This document shows, in pieces, positions 50,286 to 64,000 of a stretch of DNA of 64,000 bases. The notes below the pieces were generated by a model. The model saw nothing but the letters and a program-made list of their open reading frames with translations. It was not told the origin of the DNA and ran no database searches. The translations under genes and the position numbers were made by a program. The DNA is taken from NCBI RefSeq assembly GCF_006345805.1, contig NC_043003.1:35340001-35404000 (forward strand). Reading direction: 5' to 3'. Each line of letters opens with the position of its first letter. Position 1 is the stretch's first letter. This DNA is from Octopus sinensis (Eukaryota).

Positions 50286-53200
50286 AGAAAATACATATAT
50301 GGATACATACATACGTACATGTATACGTGAAAATGAGGGAGGGAAAATGAAAGAGAGAGAGAGACAGAGACAGAATACATAAGTGTTTCTGTAGGGATTC
50401 GAACTATGCTGTTTCATATTTATTTCAACATAACACATATTCTGAATCAATCAATCAGTATGGTTCTATGACCTGTATTTATACAGGTGTGCGATGGTGA
50501 GTATTCATTTGTTTGTGCATACATACATATATTACATACATAGAAACATATAGCGTATGAAAATGCATACCAACAAGTCCAGACTCAACAACACCCAGAG
50601 CCATCTTGAGTCAAGAGATGTCTAGCCATTCGTATGACGTGCCGTACCACACAGCTGAGAACAGCTAATCCGAGAACCATTATTGGATATCTTATATCAA
50701 TCCGCACGTTGCCTCAGTTACAGTGATTCTTATACACTCAGTCACACGTACATTGACGTTTGTTTAAATTTTTGTGCCCAACGTATATACTGAGTATGCT
50801 CAAACTGCACTCAAAGTAGATTCACGAACACCATAATGCACTTACTTATGCATACACAGATACTCACACACATATATACACGTGCAGGTATGTTGGCATA
50901 TGATAGTATACATAAGGGCATATACATACACTCACATATATGCACTAGCAATCAAATATACATATACACAAGAGACTTTGCTATAGAAATTTAAAGGAAT
51001 GACAATAGAAAAAAGGAATCTTTATATATTTACAATAAATAATATAAACTATAGAAAATGTATCGTGAACACGTCTTCCTGCTATCTACCGCTCTGTGAG
51101 CGACTGTAATACATAGTTTATTCCGATCGTATATACTTACCACACAGCTTTATGCGAATATGTGTATATGTGTAGGTATGGTTTTAAAGAAAACATGTAA
51201 TGAACATCAATAAGATCCCAAACCCTTCTTTCTTAATGCCTTAAAATTGACAGCATTAGAATATAAAAGGGAAATATCCGTGGTTAAATGTATCTAGAAG
51301 ATATTAAATTGTAAATTTAAGAAACTTCCTTAGACATAGAGATTGTCGATAATATGAACGTAATCCCTACATCATGATTGATTATTTTCGTCCTTATCTA
51401 TATGTTTCCCACTCCGGTTATATGGAACGACTAGAAGAAAGTGAAGATGCAGCTTGCTTGCTAGAAAGAGCAATCAAATTTACCTCAATTTCACTTCTTT
51501 CCCTATAAAAAAATATAGGAAACGCTGTTAGATAATGTAACAATACATGCACCTTCAAAAGGAGAATTGGTGACGGCTTTGTTCGTTCGTTTGCCCGATC
51601 AAAATTAACGATTAATCAACAACAATAAGAACAAAAACGTAATTTAGCAGTAACTATTATTAAATATGAAACCTATAGTTATTGCTGAAAATGCGTTGCA
51701 GAGTGTTTTGAATGCTGGCATCAAAATTGTAAGTTTTATTCTCGGGCCTGGTAGCTCCTTGTGTTTTTGAGGGAAATACTTTGCTTCATGTGGATTCATT
51801 CCGATCATGTCTTGTACTATTAGTTGCTAAAATGCCGCGAAAACCGAAATAAGCTCATAGATTTTAAATTTTAACTCATGTTATATATCGCTTACAAAGT
51901 ATTACAGAAGATGTTTCTTCGTGAAGCAAATATTCTAGTAGTTTACATAGCTATCTTAGAATAATTGCCTTTTCTAAATTTAGTCAGTTCTGAAGAAATA
52001 TTATTATCATGCGAAATATTGTGAAAATATCATCAATATGGAATGTTAATCGTTAGACGATAAGCAAGAGGTTCGGTCTCGCCACCCCCATCGCCATATA
52101 CGCTAGAAATAGCAACCAAATCTTAAGAAAGGAATTACACATGAGATTATGCTGACCTAGATACATTACATCCGAAACAGAAAAATGGAATAACTATAGT
52201 CATAAATCTGCTGAATCAGGGATGACCTAGAGCAAAACAACAACACATTCTATTGCCGTGGAGTATTTTCTTTTTGCTAATGTATAATTACATATTCTCT
52301 GTATACATGTTAAACAAGGATAGGAAAATTCACTCCTATAAGCATACACCTATATAAGCACTTAATGGAAGAGTTACTAAATTGTGGAGTCGCATGAGTC
52401 AATTTTCACTCGATTAACCACAATGATAGACAAATTTTGAAACATGGGAAATGTGTTATCTCTCATTTTACCTTGCTTGGCCTTGGATCCTCATCCCCTA
52501 ATGGAATCGTAGGTACACCATTGTTACATACAAAGTATTATTAGAGTTGGCGGAAAGCACTCGTCTCTTCTCTGTCTGCCTGTCACTCTCTGCTGGGAGA
52601 AAAGCACCCCTCTCTTTCCTATCTGCTTGACTCTTTTTACTGGGAGATAAGGGGAACAAACTTCCCCAAAAAAAAGAGTGAAAAAAAGAAAAAAGAAAGG
52701 ACTGGTACTTCATGTATCTCGGAAGATGAAAGGCAATGTTTAACTTCGGCAGCAGTTGAATTTATAGCGCAAAGAGCCGAAACGAGTACCGCAAGCGAAT
52801 TGTTTGACGCTTTAACGACTTGACCAATTCACCCCATTATCTTTCATTTTTCTCTACACCTGTCCTGCCTACCGGTATTGGTGACTATGAATCCGTATTC
52901 AAAATTCTGAAGAAGGGTAATTTTTTTCCTGGAAAAGATACAGCTGTGATATTCGCTTGTATTCTGCCAATTTATGTATTCTTTACTAAGCTAGTAATTC
53001 GCTCTCTTTGACTTCAGCTTGTGACACAGGACCTATTTAAATATTTGGCATATGTAATATGTCAAGTTGCACCAAGGCATGCCCACAGATTGATGAGACG
53101 GTATGGCACATGTCTACGGACCAGCCCTCCTCTTTGTCTTGTATATTTTATTCACGATTCCACCGCCTGCTATTTAACACATTGCTAAAGCACTTGGCAG

Positions 53201-54010
53201 GTAGTACTACACCTGACAAGAGCAAACTTGGGAGTAGTAACACCTAAGGTGTAACTTCATACTACTTTAGTTTTTAAACTCCGTATATTGAGTCTCAGTA
53301 CTCGATAAAATTTAATATTTTGGAAAGGATATATTTAATATTAATATTTTTAAAAGGCCATGTGTGTTTTTCTTTGAACTACGATTAATAAAACTAAGAT
53401 ATATATTCACACATTTATATGATTGCACAGGTATGTGCTTCTGTTGTCTTATAAATAGACTGGAAAGTCCTGGGGTACAAACATTTGGATTTGGAAATGT
53501 TTATGCATTTTAAAATACTATTATTAATGTAACATAAAGGAGTAGGACCTGAAAATTGAAACTGGCAACTAATATCATTGTGAATAGCATGAATGTAGCA
53601 AGTCACCTTTAAAACACAATTAAACATTTGAATATTTGGACTCTGAACATATGCTGGAAGCAAAAGCCTGCGCTTTAATGTTTATAGCAGTGACCAAAAA
53701 TGCTGAAACTAAATTCTTCTTGCTTCCTTTTCTATATTCCTTACGATGTGAGTTCTAACCCGAAGATGGGCTTTGTAGATGGACTGGTCCATTTCAGAGT
53801 TATATCTCCAGATCAATTAAAGCAATCCTGCAGTTTCAACAACAGTTGTAATTTGATAACGCTTGTACTTTTTTGTCACTTAGAACAGAATACATAAATT
53901 TAGAATAAAATAATTTAAAACAAATTTCTAAAATGATGAGGAAATGTGCTTAACTCTTAATCTTCTGCAAACTCCATAATAAGCATGTAACTAATTCTTA
54001 TATTTAACAA

Positions 54011-54720
54011 CTAGCTTAAAGCCGTCCTACATGGCTCTTCATTGAGCCTTGGGTCTAACAATGACACTTCATGCATTGGGTACATATTAAATTTTATCAA
54101 ACTTGAGCAATATTTTTCAAAGAATGAACAATTTTCATAAAAACCATGATATAATGTGTCAACTTGGAACTTATTACAAAGCTGCGTGATAAACAGTTTT
54201 GTCTTCCCATTCAGGGGTCAGTAAATTTTTCTTCAGTCTAACATCTTTCTTTCTTTCTCCTACCTTCGTCTGATTGTTTCCAACCATGACCATCACCAGT
54301 ACCACCACCATCGCCACCAAAACTGCCATACACACACCATTCAGAATTCTGACGCCATCACCATCAATACCTTTGACTTCGCCGCCTTCCTCTCCCCCAC
54401 TGTCTTACACATCGCTTAATTTGTCCCTGACTGCTTCAGCTACTATCACCCCCACCCCACCACTCTTCACCCCACCACCACCACCACCACCACCATCACC
54501 ACAATCATCACCGTCGCCTCCGCCTCTATCACAACTACAGCTCATTCTAAAACTATCACCCCATTACCATCACAACCGTCAATCTACTGCCGTTTCTATG
54601 CCTACTATTACTCTCACACCAACATGAGCAATAGTAAGAGTGTGAATGAATAATGCGAGAGGAGGTCGAAGTGTGACACACCGACACACAGAAATTAGTT
54701 TTCGCATTTATTATATTAGA
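54011..54720 (-). mobile_element. Candidate second non-autonomous Helitron (710 bp) containing a CCA-rich low-complexity tract
   Basis: Minus strand starts A|TCTAATATAATAAATGCGAAAACTAATTTCTGTGTGTC at 54720 and ends CTAG|T at 54011, with hairpin gccgt-cctac-atggc (54021-54035) 6 nt from the end. That the two ends belong to one element is inferred. Confidence 0.5.
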
Positions 54721-55791
54721 TGGGATTATATTTGATGTGAAAGAAGGCAAAATATTATATGTTCCCCGGAGGTTGTGTATATATGAATAAGGGTGCCATC
54801 AATAAGCTCAGTCAGCCTACTACTATTATTTTAGTTTTTTGGTCTTAGCCCAACAGTCATCGGGTGCAGTCATGATCAGTGGCATTTCTGCTGTAACCAT
54901 CTTGTCTGTTTAAATACGACTATATTATACTGTCAGTTTAGTGTATCCTCTCAGTTTAGTTCGTAGGGTTTGCTTTAAGGGAGATTTTGTGTTATATCCA
55001 GGAGATTGAATGAATGTACTGAGGGATCACTTATTACTATATGCAATCTCCGGGTGCATATAATATTTTGTCTTCTTTTCCATTAAATATCAACCCATTA
55101 TTAAATATAAGTATGAGTTATTTACATGTTTATCATGGAGTTTGCAGAAGATTGAAAGTTAAGCACGTTTCCTCGTAATTTTAGAAATTGGTTTGAAATT
55201 ATTTTATTCTACGTACATATATTCTGTCCTTAGTGAAAAAGATACCAACTTCATCAAATTACAACTGCTGTCGAAACCGCTGGACTGAGTTAATTGATCA
55301 GGAGACATAACTCTGAAATGTATCAGTCCATCTACATGTAAATAGGCATCATGTTGAGATACAATTTATTGCTCTTTTTTAAATAGATCTCTATAATTAT
55401 TAAGTTCTGTTAATTTGAATTACTACACAATATATATACACATTCACATCCCATCAGATACAGAGACTCACCATCCTAGACATATGCATACATAAACTAA
55501 TAGATATATACGTGCGTACATGCATACCATATACATGCATGCATATTATCAGGACAAATTCTGTGAGAGAATGCAGAGGAAGATTGCAATATGCACGTTT
55601 CAATTATAGTTCACAGAAGCGAAAGGGGGGCATGAAGTATTTCCTTTATATGACTATGAATAGGCTTTCTCGCCATCGCAAAGACTACAAAAACAATAAC
55701 TAAATTTCATAAAAGCGCCTTACGGCCGAAAACTCGGAGTGCATCTCAAGAGCGGAGTCTATGTATCTATGCGTTTATGCATATATATATC

Positions 55792-55826
<35 letters not shown>

Positions 55827-55976
55827 GCATACATATACATACACATACACACACACACATATATATATATATATGTAGATGTATATATATATATATATAT
55901 TGTGTGTATGTGTGTGTGTACATATATATATATATATTTACACACACACACATAATATATATATATGTATGTATAT

Positions 55977-56019
<43 letters not shown>

Positions 56020-56399
56020 TTAACATACACATATTTCCATATATATATATATTTTTACACACACACACACATATATGTATATATATATATATAGATGTAT
56101 ATATGTATATATGTACATAATTCTTTATGTATATATTTATATATATATTGAAGAGGTTGAAAGACGCAACGAAAATTTTACAAAACATAAATAAATGAGT
56201 GGGAATGACTCATTATAATTATAAATATATATTTACACACACATACACATGCACAAACACACACATACACACACTCAACACACACACACACACACATATA
56301 TATCTGTTACTCTTTTACTCGTTTCAGCTATGACGCTACGATCATGCTGGATCAACACCGTGGTCTTCCTGATTTCTTCTGGCTGGAGTGTTTGTCATC

Positions 56400-56830
56400 A
56401 CTACTCCTGTATGTAACTTTGTCTCAGCTGTTGGCCCAGTTGATGTATAAGGGACTTTGATTCTTCTGCCCTCGTCTACACTTCATTTCGGGTTGTTGGT
56501 TCATCCAGTATTGTGGAGAGTGTGAGGTTAGTTCCTTTTTGAAGACATCTACTTCCACGTTAAGTACATTTCAAAATTTTTGTGGCTTGTTATTGAAGAG
56601 CTGTGGGCCTTGAACCCTAGTCTATGCCAGTAACTGGTCCTGAATTTTGATGGAGTGAATGGTACATTTGGGACAATACAATGGTGGCCAGTTCTAGAAT
56701 TTCTACAACACTCAATGCCGAAATTAGGTACGAGCCCTTCTAGAGTTTTCCACATGTAGATTATTACATATCTGTCACGCCTTCGCTCCAGGGAGAAAAG
56801 TTGCAGTTTTCTCAGCCTATCCCCGTAGCT
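56400..56830 (-). mobile_element. CR1-like LINE ORF2 3' fragment
   Basis: YGDRLRKLQLFSLERRRDRYVIIYMWKTLEGLVPN, then VDVFKKEL...STILDEPTT...SLIHQ. Confidence 0.85.
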
Positions 56831-56861
56831 CATCTGCTGCACTGTTTCAATCTATTTAGTG

Positions 56862-56914
<53 letters not shown>

Positions 56915-56951
56915 TGTGTGTGTGTGTATGTGTGTGTGTGTGCGTGCGTGC

Positions 56952-56983
<32 letters not shown>

Positions 56984-56984
56984 A

Positions 56985-57376
56985 GGCGCAGGAATGATTG
57001 TGGTAAGTAGCTTGCATACCAACCGCATGGTTCCGGGTTGAATCCCATTTGGCAAGTGTCTTCTACTACAGCCTCGGGCCGACCAAAGCCTTCTGAGTGG
57101 ATTTGGTTGCCGGAAACTGAAAGATGCCTGTCGTATATATTTATATATATGTGTGTGTGTGTCTGTGTCTGTGTCCGTGTGTATATATGTTTGTATGTGT
57201 GTTTGTCCCCCTCCATCGCTTGACAACCAATGCTGGTGTGTTTACATCCCCGTCACTTAGCGGTTCAGCAAAAGGTACCAATGGAATAAGTCCTAGGGTT
57301 GATTTCTTCGATTAAGGGCGGTGTTCCATCATGACCGTAGTCAAATGACTGAAACACATAAAAGTGTAAAAGAGTA
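56985..57376 (+). mobile_element. SINE family B
   Basis: gtaggcgcagga..gattgtggtaagtagcttg head; ggccgaccaaagcc core; gtcacttagcggtt; tail gaaacacataaaagtgtaaaagag. Confidence 0.85.
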
Positions 57377-59089
57377 ATATGTATATATATATATATATAT
57401 CTTTGTGTATCTGTTTATGAGATTTATCTTTAGCCTCACACCAGATTACAACCGGTGCTGGTTTGTTTACGCCTGTAAGCACTGAAGTCAACTAATTCCA
57501 CGTAACGACACCACAATCCAAGAAGAGAATAAGAAAGCCAGTTTAATCAGTTGTTCACATTTCTTGGGAATATCTATTGTACATATTTCAGTTTTGAATC
57601 AAGAAAAATTGTTAAATGTGTAAACACAGATTTGGTTAGTATCTATGTTAGAAATCACTTTCTTTTTATTATGATAGAGTCTGATGTCTATTCATACTTT
57701 TTCAGTTTTATCACTATTGTTCTTTTGAAATATGAATGTTTTTCTTTTTGGTTTTCGTTTTGCTTTGCGCGTTTGATATATTTCCTTAATATTATAGATA
57801 CGATATCAATTGCCAATAATTCCCATAACCAGTATTGTGTGACGTTATCTAAAGCTCTCTCATGATAAATCCATGACAGAATTGGATTGCCTTCTGTTCT
57901 CTTAACTTCGAACGTGTTCGATAAACCAGATTTTTTTTTCTTTACATCCACATAGGGGTTGCTAAAGCTCCTTGTTATCCTAAGGTAAAATATTATCCTG
58001 TGATTTTCAGTTGAATTGTTGAAGAATATAAATATATTGTCGTACATTCTTGACAGGCCAGTTTTCGTTTTGTCCTTTGCTTTCAAGTTTAACTATTTAT
58101 TTCCTTTTGCATGTGAAACAGTTTCCTGTCCATTAAATGAATGTTTATTGTAAGCTCGCTGCAAATTCATTGCGTAAACGCGCTAAATATGTCAAACAGC
58201 AAGTATATCACATTTTCTTATTATCATTTTACTCTAGTATGAGAGTTGCAAACCTGGGCTGGCCGCATATCTGTGAAAAGTAGATTGTATTTTCAATGTA
58301 TTCACATACAAAGAGGGAAAATATATATCTTATACAATCGAATTTCAGAATAAAATTATTAACAAATTATTAAAAACAACTTTCTCTTAATGAGCACACC
58401 AGAAACGTTTTAATTCTACATATGTAAATTTGACATAGAACCAAAAATTGTAAGCATTCTATTTGCAGTAGCTGTTTTCGGTTCCCCCTTTACAATCAAG
58501 ATATAATTTTGGAATCATTTGAATCCGAAGGCAAATCTGCGGATCGCCACCAGCAGGAAAGGACCGCATTTTGATAAAGACGTGAATGAGAATGAAAAAT
58601 CAAAGAAACTAATAAACTGTGTTCAAACGTTTCATAATTGCAGAGTGTATATGCGCATTTCATAGTGAGATAAATTGTATATCTTTCTTCTGAAAATAAT
58701 AATTGAAATTTGATCCCTGTTTGTGTGTGTGTGTTTCAATTAAAAACAGAAATTGTTTTAAAATTAAGATTTCGTCATCGAAATCTGTATCAATTTTTTA
58801 TTGGGTGTATTGTTTTTAATAGGTACAGTAAAATTTTAATATAGTTAAAAACCTCCGTTTTTGACAGTCATAATATCTCATTTTCTTGTTTCAGTTTTAA
58901 ATTAGGTTTCAATTTATGTTTTTCTCTATGACCTTTCAAATATTCGTTTGATATATTGTAAAAGATATAAATATATTTTAAGAAATATTGCCAGATTTTG
59001 CAGCAGCTACATTCGAAATCTTGATGCAGAGGCATTAGGAATTCTAATCCTCACCTCTAAACTGATATCTATTTTGAAAATGAATATTG

Positions 59090-59174
<85 letters not shown>

Positions 59175-59389
59175 TACAGAGACAGAGACAGAAAGACAAA
59201 AATAGAGAAAGAGTGTGAGTGACAGACACACAGTGAGAGAGAGTGGGAGAGGTAGTTACAGATAGTGAGCCAGAAAAAGAAAGACCAAGAGCGGGAGAGA
59301 GAGAGAGAAAAACGTAAGAACATACAAATTAGCATAAATTGCAATAAATATAGGTTTCAAATTTAAGAACAAGGTCAGCAAACTTGGAG

Positions 59390-59570
59390 GAGTGGGTAAG
59401 TCGATTACTTCTACCCCCGTGATCGACGTGCGCTTATTTTCTCGAAACTGAAAGTATGAAAGGAAAAAATCAACATCGGTGGAACTCAGAACGTAACGAT
59501 GAAAGAAACGTAGATTAAGAATTTTGCTTGGCGTGCTAAAGATTCTGTCAGCACGTCGCCTTATAAATTA
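59390..59570 (-). mobile_element. SINE family A, diverged
   Basis: gaactcagaacgtaac...gcgtgctaaagattctgtcagcacgtcgcctt is the reverse complement of the family A head. Confidence 0.65.
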
Positions 59571-60200
59571 CAATAAATAATAAATAAGCTGAAATATGAA
59601 ATGGAATTTCGAGAAATAGGAAATAACCAGTTGACATAGTGAATTTTGTTACATAGAAAACACTAGTTGTACAAAGATGAACAAGTATTCGCACAAATAT
59701 ACCCGTATATAAAACATAAAAACATACATAGCCACATATGTATACATATATATATATATATGTAAGCACTCATAGAGAATTATATATGCATACACACACA
59801 CATATACATGTGTATGTATGTATGTATGTATGTATGTATGTATGACACACGCATTGATGCGAATGTATCGTTGAATTAATATAAAAGCAACTAAAGGAGA
59901 AAACTTTAGTCGACATTAGGAACATTAGATAATTTTTATCCCTTCTTTCTTTCTATATCTCCTTCCAAGTTTTCACACTTTCTTTGTTTTTGTTTCTGTT
60001 TTAATCAAGAGAGATACTCTATTAAATCTTTATCATATAATCATCAGCCGAATTCATACAGCTTTCCTGCTTTTAGATGGATTCTGTTTCTATATCTCCA
60101 ACAATTTCTGCCATCTTATGCTTCATGCTTCCACAACGTTGGACTGATAAAACAGCAAAGTGAATACAAAAGTTAGTTAGAACTGGAGGGAGAGTGACAG

Positions 60201-60235
<35 letters not shown>

Positions 60236-60975
60236 TGTATGTATGTATGTATGTATGTATACATATATGTATGTATTGAGGGAGAGAGAGAAAGAGAGAC
60301 AGAGAGGAAAAGGGAGAGAAAGCGAGAGATAAAAGGCGATAGAGAGGGAGAGAGATACAGACAGTTGATAGAAATGAAAAATGTGAGAGATAGAGGGTTG
60401 AAGAAAATGTGAGTGAGAGACATTTTACACAGAACGTGGTGTTTCCTCTATCAACGGATAAATAAAAGAGAGAAAGAGATATAGAGCGATAGATACAGAG
60501 ATACGGATAGAGTGATAAAGGGAGAGGCTTTAGATAGACAAACAAATAGAAAAGAGAGTAAATATATCTCTTGAAAGAAAATAAATTGAAAGTAGAGAGT
60601 GTAAAGGGAGATAGTTGAGAGAAAAGAAGAGTTTTAAGCTGTAAAGTAGGAATGGAATATATGAATAAACGAACGAGAAAAGGAGAGTAATTGAGAACGA
60701 CTAAGAACGAGGAAATATATAGAAGGTGAAGAAAAGAGACAGATATCGGTAGAGAGAGAGGAAGGGAGAGACCGAGAGAGAGACAGAGAAAGACAGGGAG
60801 AAAAAGACAGCAATAAAGAAAACACTGTTGACGTGGGCTTAGAGAAAGTTATAGTAGAATTGTGGTGGGGGTACATAAGCATGCGGTGGATGAGAAACAA
60901 GATACAGTTACACCCCCGAAACGTACACGCATACATACATACATACATACATATATACATACATACCTACATACA

Positions 60976-61054
<79 letters not shown>

Positions 61055-61954
61055 TTATATATATATATATACACTTATATATACATGTATGTATGTGTGT
61101 GTGCATGTGTCTGTGTGTCTTTGTGTATGCGTATGTATGTATATCTATGTATATATGAAGATAGAGAAACAGAAAAGAGAGGGAGAGTTAGAGAGACTAG
61201 TGTTATGACAGTGAGGGGAGTGAGGGCATGCGCGCGTGTGTGTGAGTGAGAAGTTGGAAACCGTTAGCTGGAAGCGCCTACACAAAGGAAATAAAATAGA
61301 AACAAATAACACAAAAATATAGTAAAAGTACTTCTAATATAAACCGATTATAAAGACTTAATTTAGATATTTCAACCTTGTGTTTCTTTTTTTCTTTTTA
61401 TTTTTGCAAATTAGCTTAGAGATTTCAATTATAAAGTATCCAAACACTAATAGCTTAGCGTTGCATTTCTTCAAGCATATGGTTCTTAAATTCTAAGACC
61501 GAGAGAATGTTTCGTGTTGGGGAGAAGGAGTTGAAAGAAAGTGGTTGTGAGCAAAAGTATGACAGTAATGAAGCCTAACCTATACTATTTCATGGAAATG
61601 TTTCATTATGACTGTTAGCGGATGAAAATAAAATGATTAAGAAAAGTAGTAACGGTTGCAGATTTGAATTTTTTGTTTTTGGCCATGGTGGGATAAATTT
61701 AAAACGTTGACTCTAATACAGTTTGAACCCAGCACGTAAATGGATGTAATAGTGTTTTATGACTTAGATTAAAAAACATAGTCGATGTAACTAACGTTGA
61801 TACATTGGAGGATTTGGAGTGGTATTGTACTATATATATACTCCTCAAGGAGGGGTGATGGGTTTGGCCCCGGCACTAAAGGGCTAAAAGAAATACTGCA
61901 AATCACTTTTCCCTTAGAAAAAGCTGTAAAATTGGCTTCAAATTTTTGCACTAG

Positions 61955-62085
61955 GGCAGCAAGTTCGAAAGGATAAAAAGACAAAATCGACCTCGGCAGA
62001 ATTTGAACTCAGAACGTAAAGTCGGACTGAATGCAACGTTGCATTTTGTTCGGCGTGATAACGATTCTGTCACTTTGCCACCTTA
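61955..62085 (-). mobile_element. SINE family A
   Basis: aaaatcgacctcggcagaatttgaactcagaacgtaaag...gataacgattctgtc. Confidence 0.75.
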
Positions 62086-62389
62086 GAAATGTCCCTGATA
62101 TTGCAATATACGATAACACTGTCACGCTAATGATTTTTAACAGAGATAATAGTCCAGATATTCTATTATTAGCTGGGTTCGATTTAATAATAATTTTGAT
62201 GATTCTTCTTCGATCGACGTTGGATAAAATTTTATTCAGGTGGGAAGGCAGTTCCCACGAAAATAGTAGTCTTTTGGAACTGGAAAGTAGAAGGGTAAGA
62301 AGACATAGTCTGCAAACCAGGTACTTGCTACGAATGCTCGCAGCAAACTAAACATTAGTTAAGGCAGTCTAGGTGTGAATTGGCATATA

Positions 62390-63679
62390 CGAGGGGCGTT
62401 CAATAAGTAATGCCCCTGACCCCCTTCCCAAGCAGTAGAGCAACGAAACTTGGCACATTTATTAGTCTTTTTCTACATAGGAACCACTCAGAGTTACGCA
62501 TTTCTCCCATTGTTTGATGCGGCTCTGGAGACCGTTTTTGTAGAAGAACCCAGCTTGGTCCTCCAACCTCAAAGTGACTTCAGAAATCAAGGCTGCATCA
62601 TCTGGGAAACGCTTTCCTTTCAAAAACAACTTCATGATTGGGAAGAGGTGAAAATCAGAGGGTGCAAGGTCAGGAAAGTAGGGGGGATGGGGAGGAGTTC
62701 ATAGCCATACGCCTGTGCTTCTGATCTGGCGACAAGCGAGTTGTGGAACGGAGCGTTGTCCTGCAGGAGGAGGATGCCTTTGCTGATCTTGCCCCGCCTC
62801 TTGATTTTGATAACTTCTCTTAATTTCCTCAAAAGTGAAGCATAATAGGCTCCTGCAATTGTGGTACCCTTTGCCAGGAAATCTGTCATCACTACTCCGT
62901 CCTGGTCCCAGAAGACTGTGAGCATGACCTTGCCAGCGGAGGGCTGCACCCTTGCCTTCTTTGGAGGGGGTGAGTCACTGTGCTTCCACTGCATTGACTG
63001 GGATTTGGTCTCTGGATCATCGTGATGGACCCAGGTTTCATCCTGTGTAATCAGTCTTTTGAAAAATTTTGACTCATCTTCTTGGCATATCTCCAAATTC
63101 ACCCTCGAGCACTCGACGCGTTCTTGCTTCTGGAAAGGCGTGAGCAACCTGGGACTCCATCTGGCAGACACCTTTTGCATATGCAAATGGTCATGAATGA
63201 TAGTTTCCACAGACCCGGTACTAATCTTGATCTCATGAGCTATTTGGCGAATAATTATGCGTCGATCTTCCAAAATGGCAGCCTCAACTTGACGGACAGA
63301 TGCCTCATCAATGGCAGAAGGGGGCGACCAGATCTGGGAGCTGTTTCCACAGAGTTCCGACCATGTTTGAATTCACGATGCCAGCGTTTTACAAGGTCAT
63401 ATAATGGGGCATCATCACCATAAGTTACTTTCATTTCATCAAAAGTCTCCCGTGGTGTGCGTCCTTTCAAATACAAAAACCGGATCACTGCTCGACACTC
63501 AACAGGCTCCATTTCACACTTGACTCGGTTCAAACACCTGTAAATCAGAAATCACAATTAATTCAGAACTGTAATTTGCCACTTACTCTATAGAGATATA
63601 AATAATTGCACATGCAAAATTTCAGCTTGATCAAACAACTGCAAGTGGGTCAGAGGCATTACTTATTGAACGTCCCTCG
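62390..63679 (-). mobile_element. Full-length mariner transposon (1290 bp), irritans/Bytmar1-like
   Basis: 31-bp TIRs (cgaggggcgttcaataagtaatgcccctgac versus cgagggacgttcaataagtaatgcctctgac, 2 mismatches); TA at 62388-62389 and 63680-63681. Confidence 0.95.
62462..63512 (-). pseudogene. Mariner transposase, 350 aa if two single-base homopolymer deletions are corrected; DD34D triad intact
   Basis: MEPVECRAVIRFLYLKG...WSPR...QDETWVH...QDNAP-34 aa-SDF...SYVEKD*. No internal stops; 1051 nt + 2 = 351 codons; frameshifts at ~63320 and ~62690. Confidence 0.9.
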
Positions 63680-64000
63680 TACACTACAACACCGTATAGC
63701 AACACAGCATCACACCACAATTAGCATACAATGCATGCCACATATCATACCAGGACATATCCCATTCAACTCAAAACGCCAAACAATAAGTAAAGTAATT
63801 TAGTGCATCTCCGTCTATTCGGATGAGTAGGGGGCTTGAGTTGTCCGATCAAGTGAATCAACATGTTAGCTAAATTGAATTAGAGTATGAGGAATCCAGT
63901 CATAGTTTTAACGTGATTATCAAGTAGCATCAAAGTGACACAATACGTGACAAAGCTCTAGGTCTTAATTATATGTACAAAGCTTTCGAGAGCTTTCTGT

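Noticed and set aside
54274-54627. Proline/threonine-rich 117-aa ORF (extensin-like)
   Set aside because: A product of a degenerate (CCA)n tract inside a candidate Helitron.
57688-58086. 132-aa minus-strand ORF
   Set aside because: AT-rich with no recognisable motif; its length is compatible with chance.
9031-61249. Dozens of ORFs rich in YI/HT/CV/RE/LS or poly-L/S/R/I
   Set aside because: They are translations of (TA)n, (CA)n, (GA)n, (TTC)n and (ATT)n microsatellites, not proteins.
1-64000. CRISPR array, rRNA or prokaryotic operon structure
   Set aside because: No regularly spaced repeats with unique spacers, no rRNA motifs and no dense coding; the sequence is eukaryotic repeat-rich DNA.

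Overview
Repeat-dense, AT-rich, microsatellite-laden animal genomic DNA. The SINE and transposon families look coleoid cephalopod (Octopus-like); this is from recall and not database-checked. I could not support any host protein-coding gene, rRNA, true tRNA or CRISPR array, and almost all supplied ORFs are translated microsatellites or transposon debris. The window holds several tRNA-derived SINE families, CR1-like, RTE-like and RLE-type LINE remnants, Tc1/mariner elements (one near-intact 1290-bp mariner), a mariner MITE and two candidate non-autonomous Helitrons. The most unusual part is 25.7-34.7 kb, with three structures. (1) A Helitron contains a 5'-truncated Penelope-like element with a GIY-YIG C-terminus. 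Its two inverted pseudo-LTRs each carry an identical minimal hammerhead-like motif with a U3-A8 covariation and an extra U(2a). (2) Two back-to-back fold-back palindromes, both turning at (TA)n tracts and joined by a short locally templated insertion, fit a single break at a TA array whose two ends each self-primed. (3) A 1297-bp tandem duplication is bounded by (TA)n on all sides. A further ~1.72-kb tandem duplication opens the window. Homopolymer indels suggest a long-read assembly, so the duplications and palindromes need read-level confirmation. Identity values are by-eye counts and many repeat boundaries are approximate.
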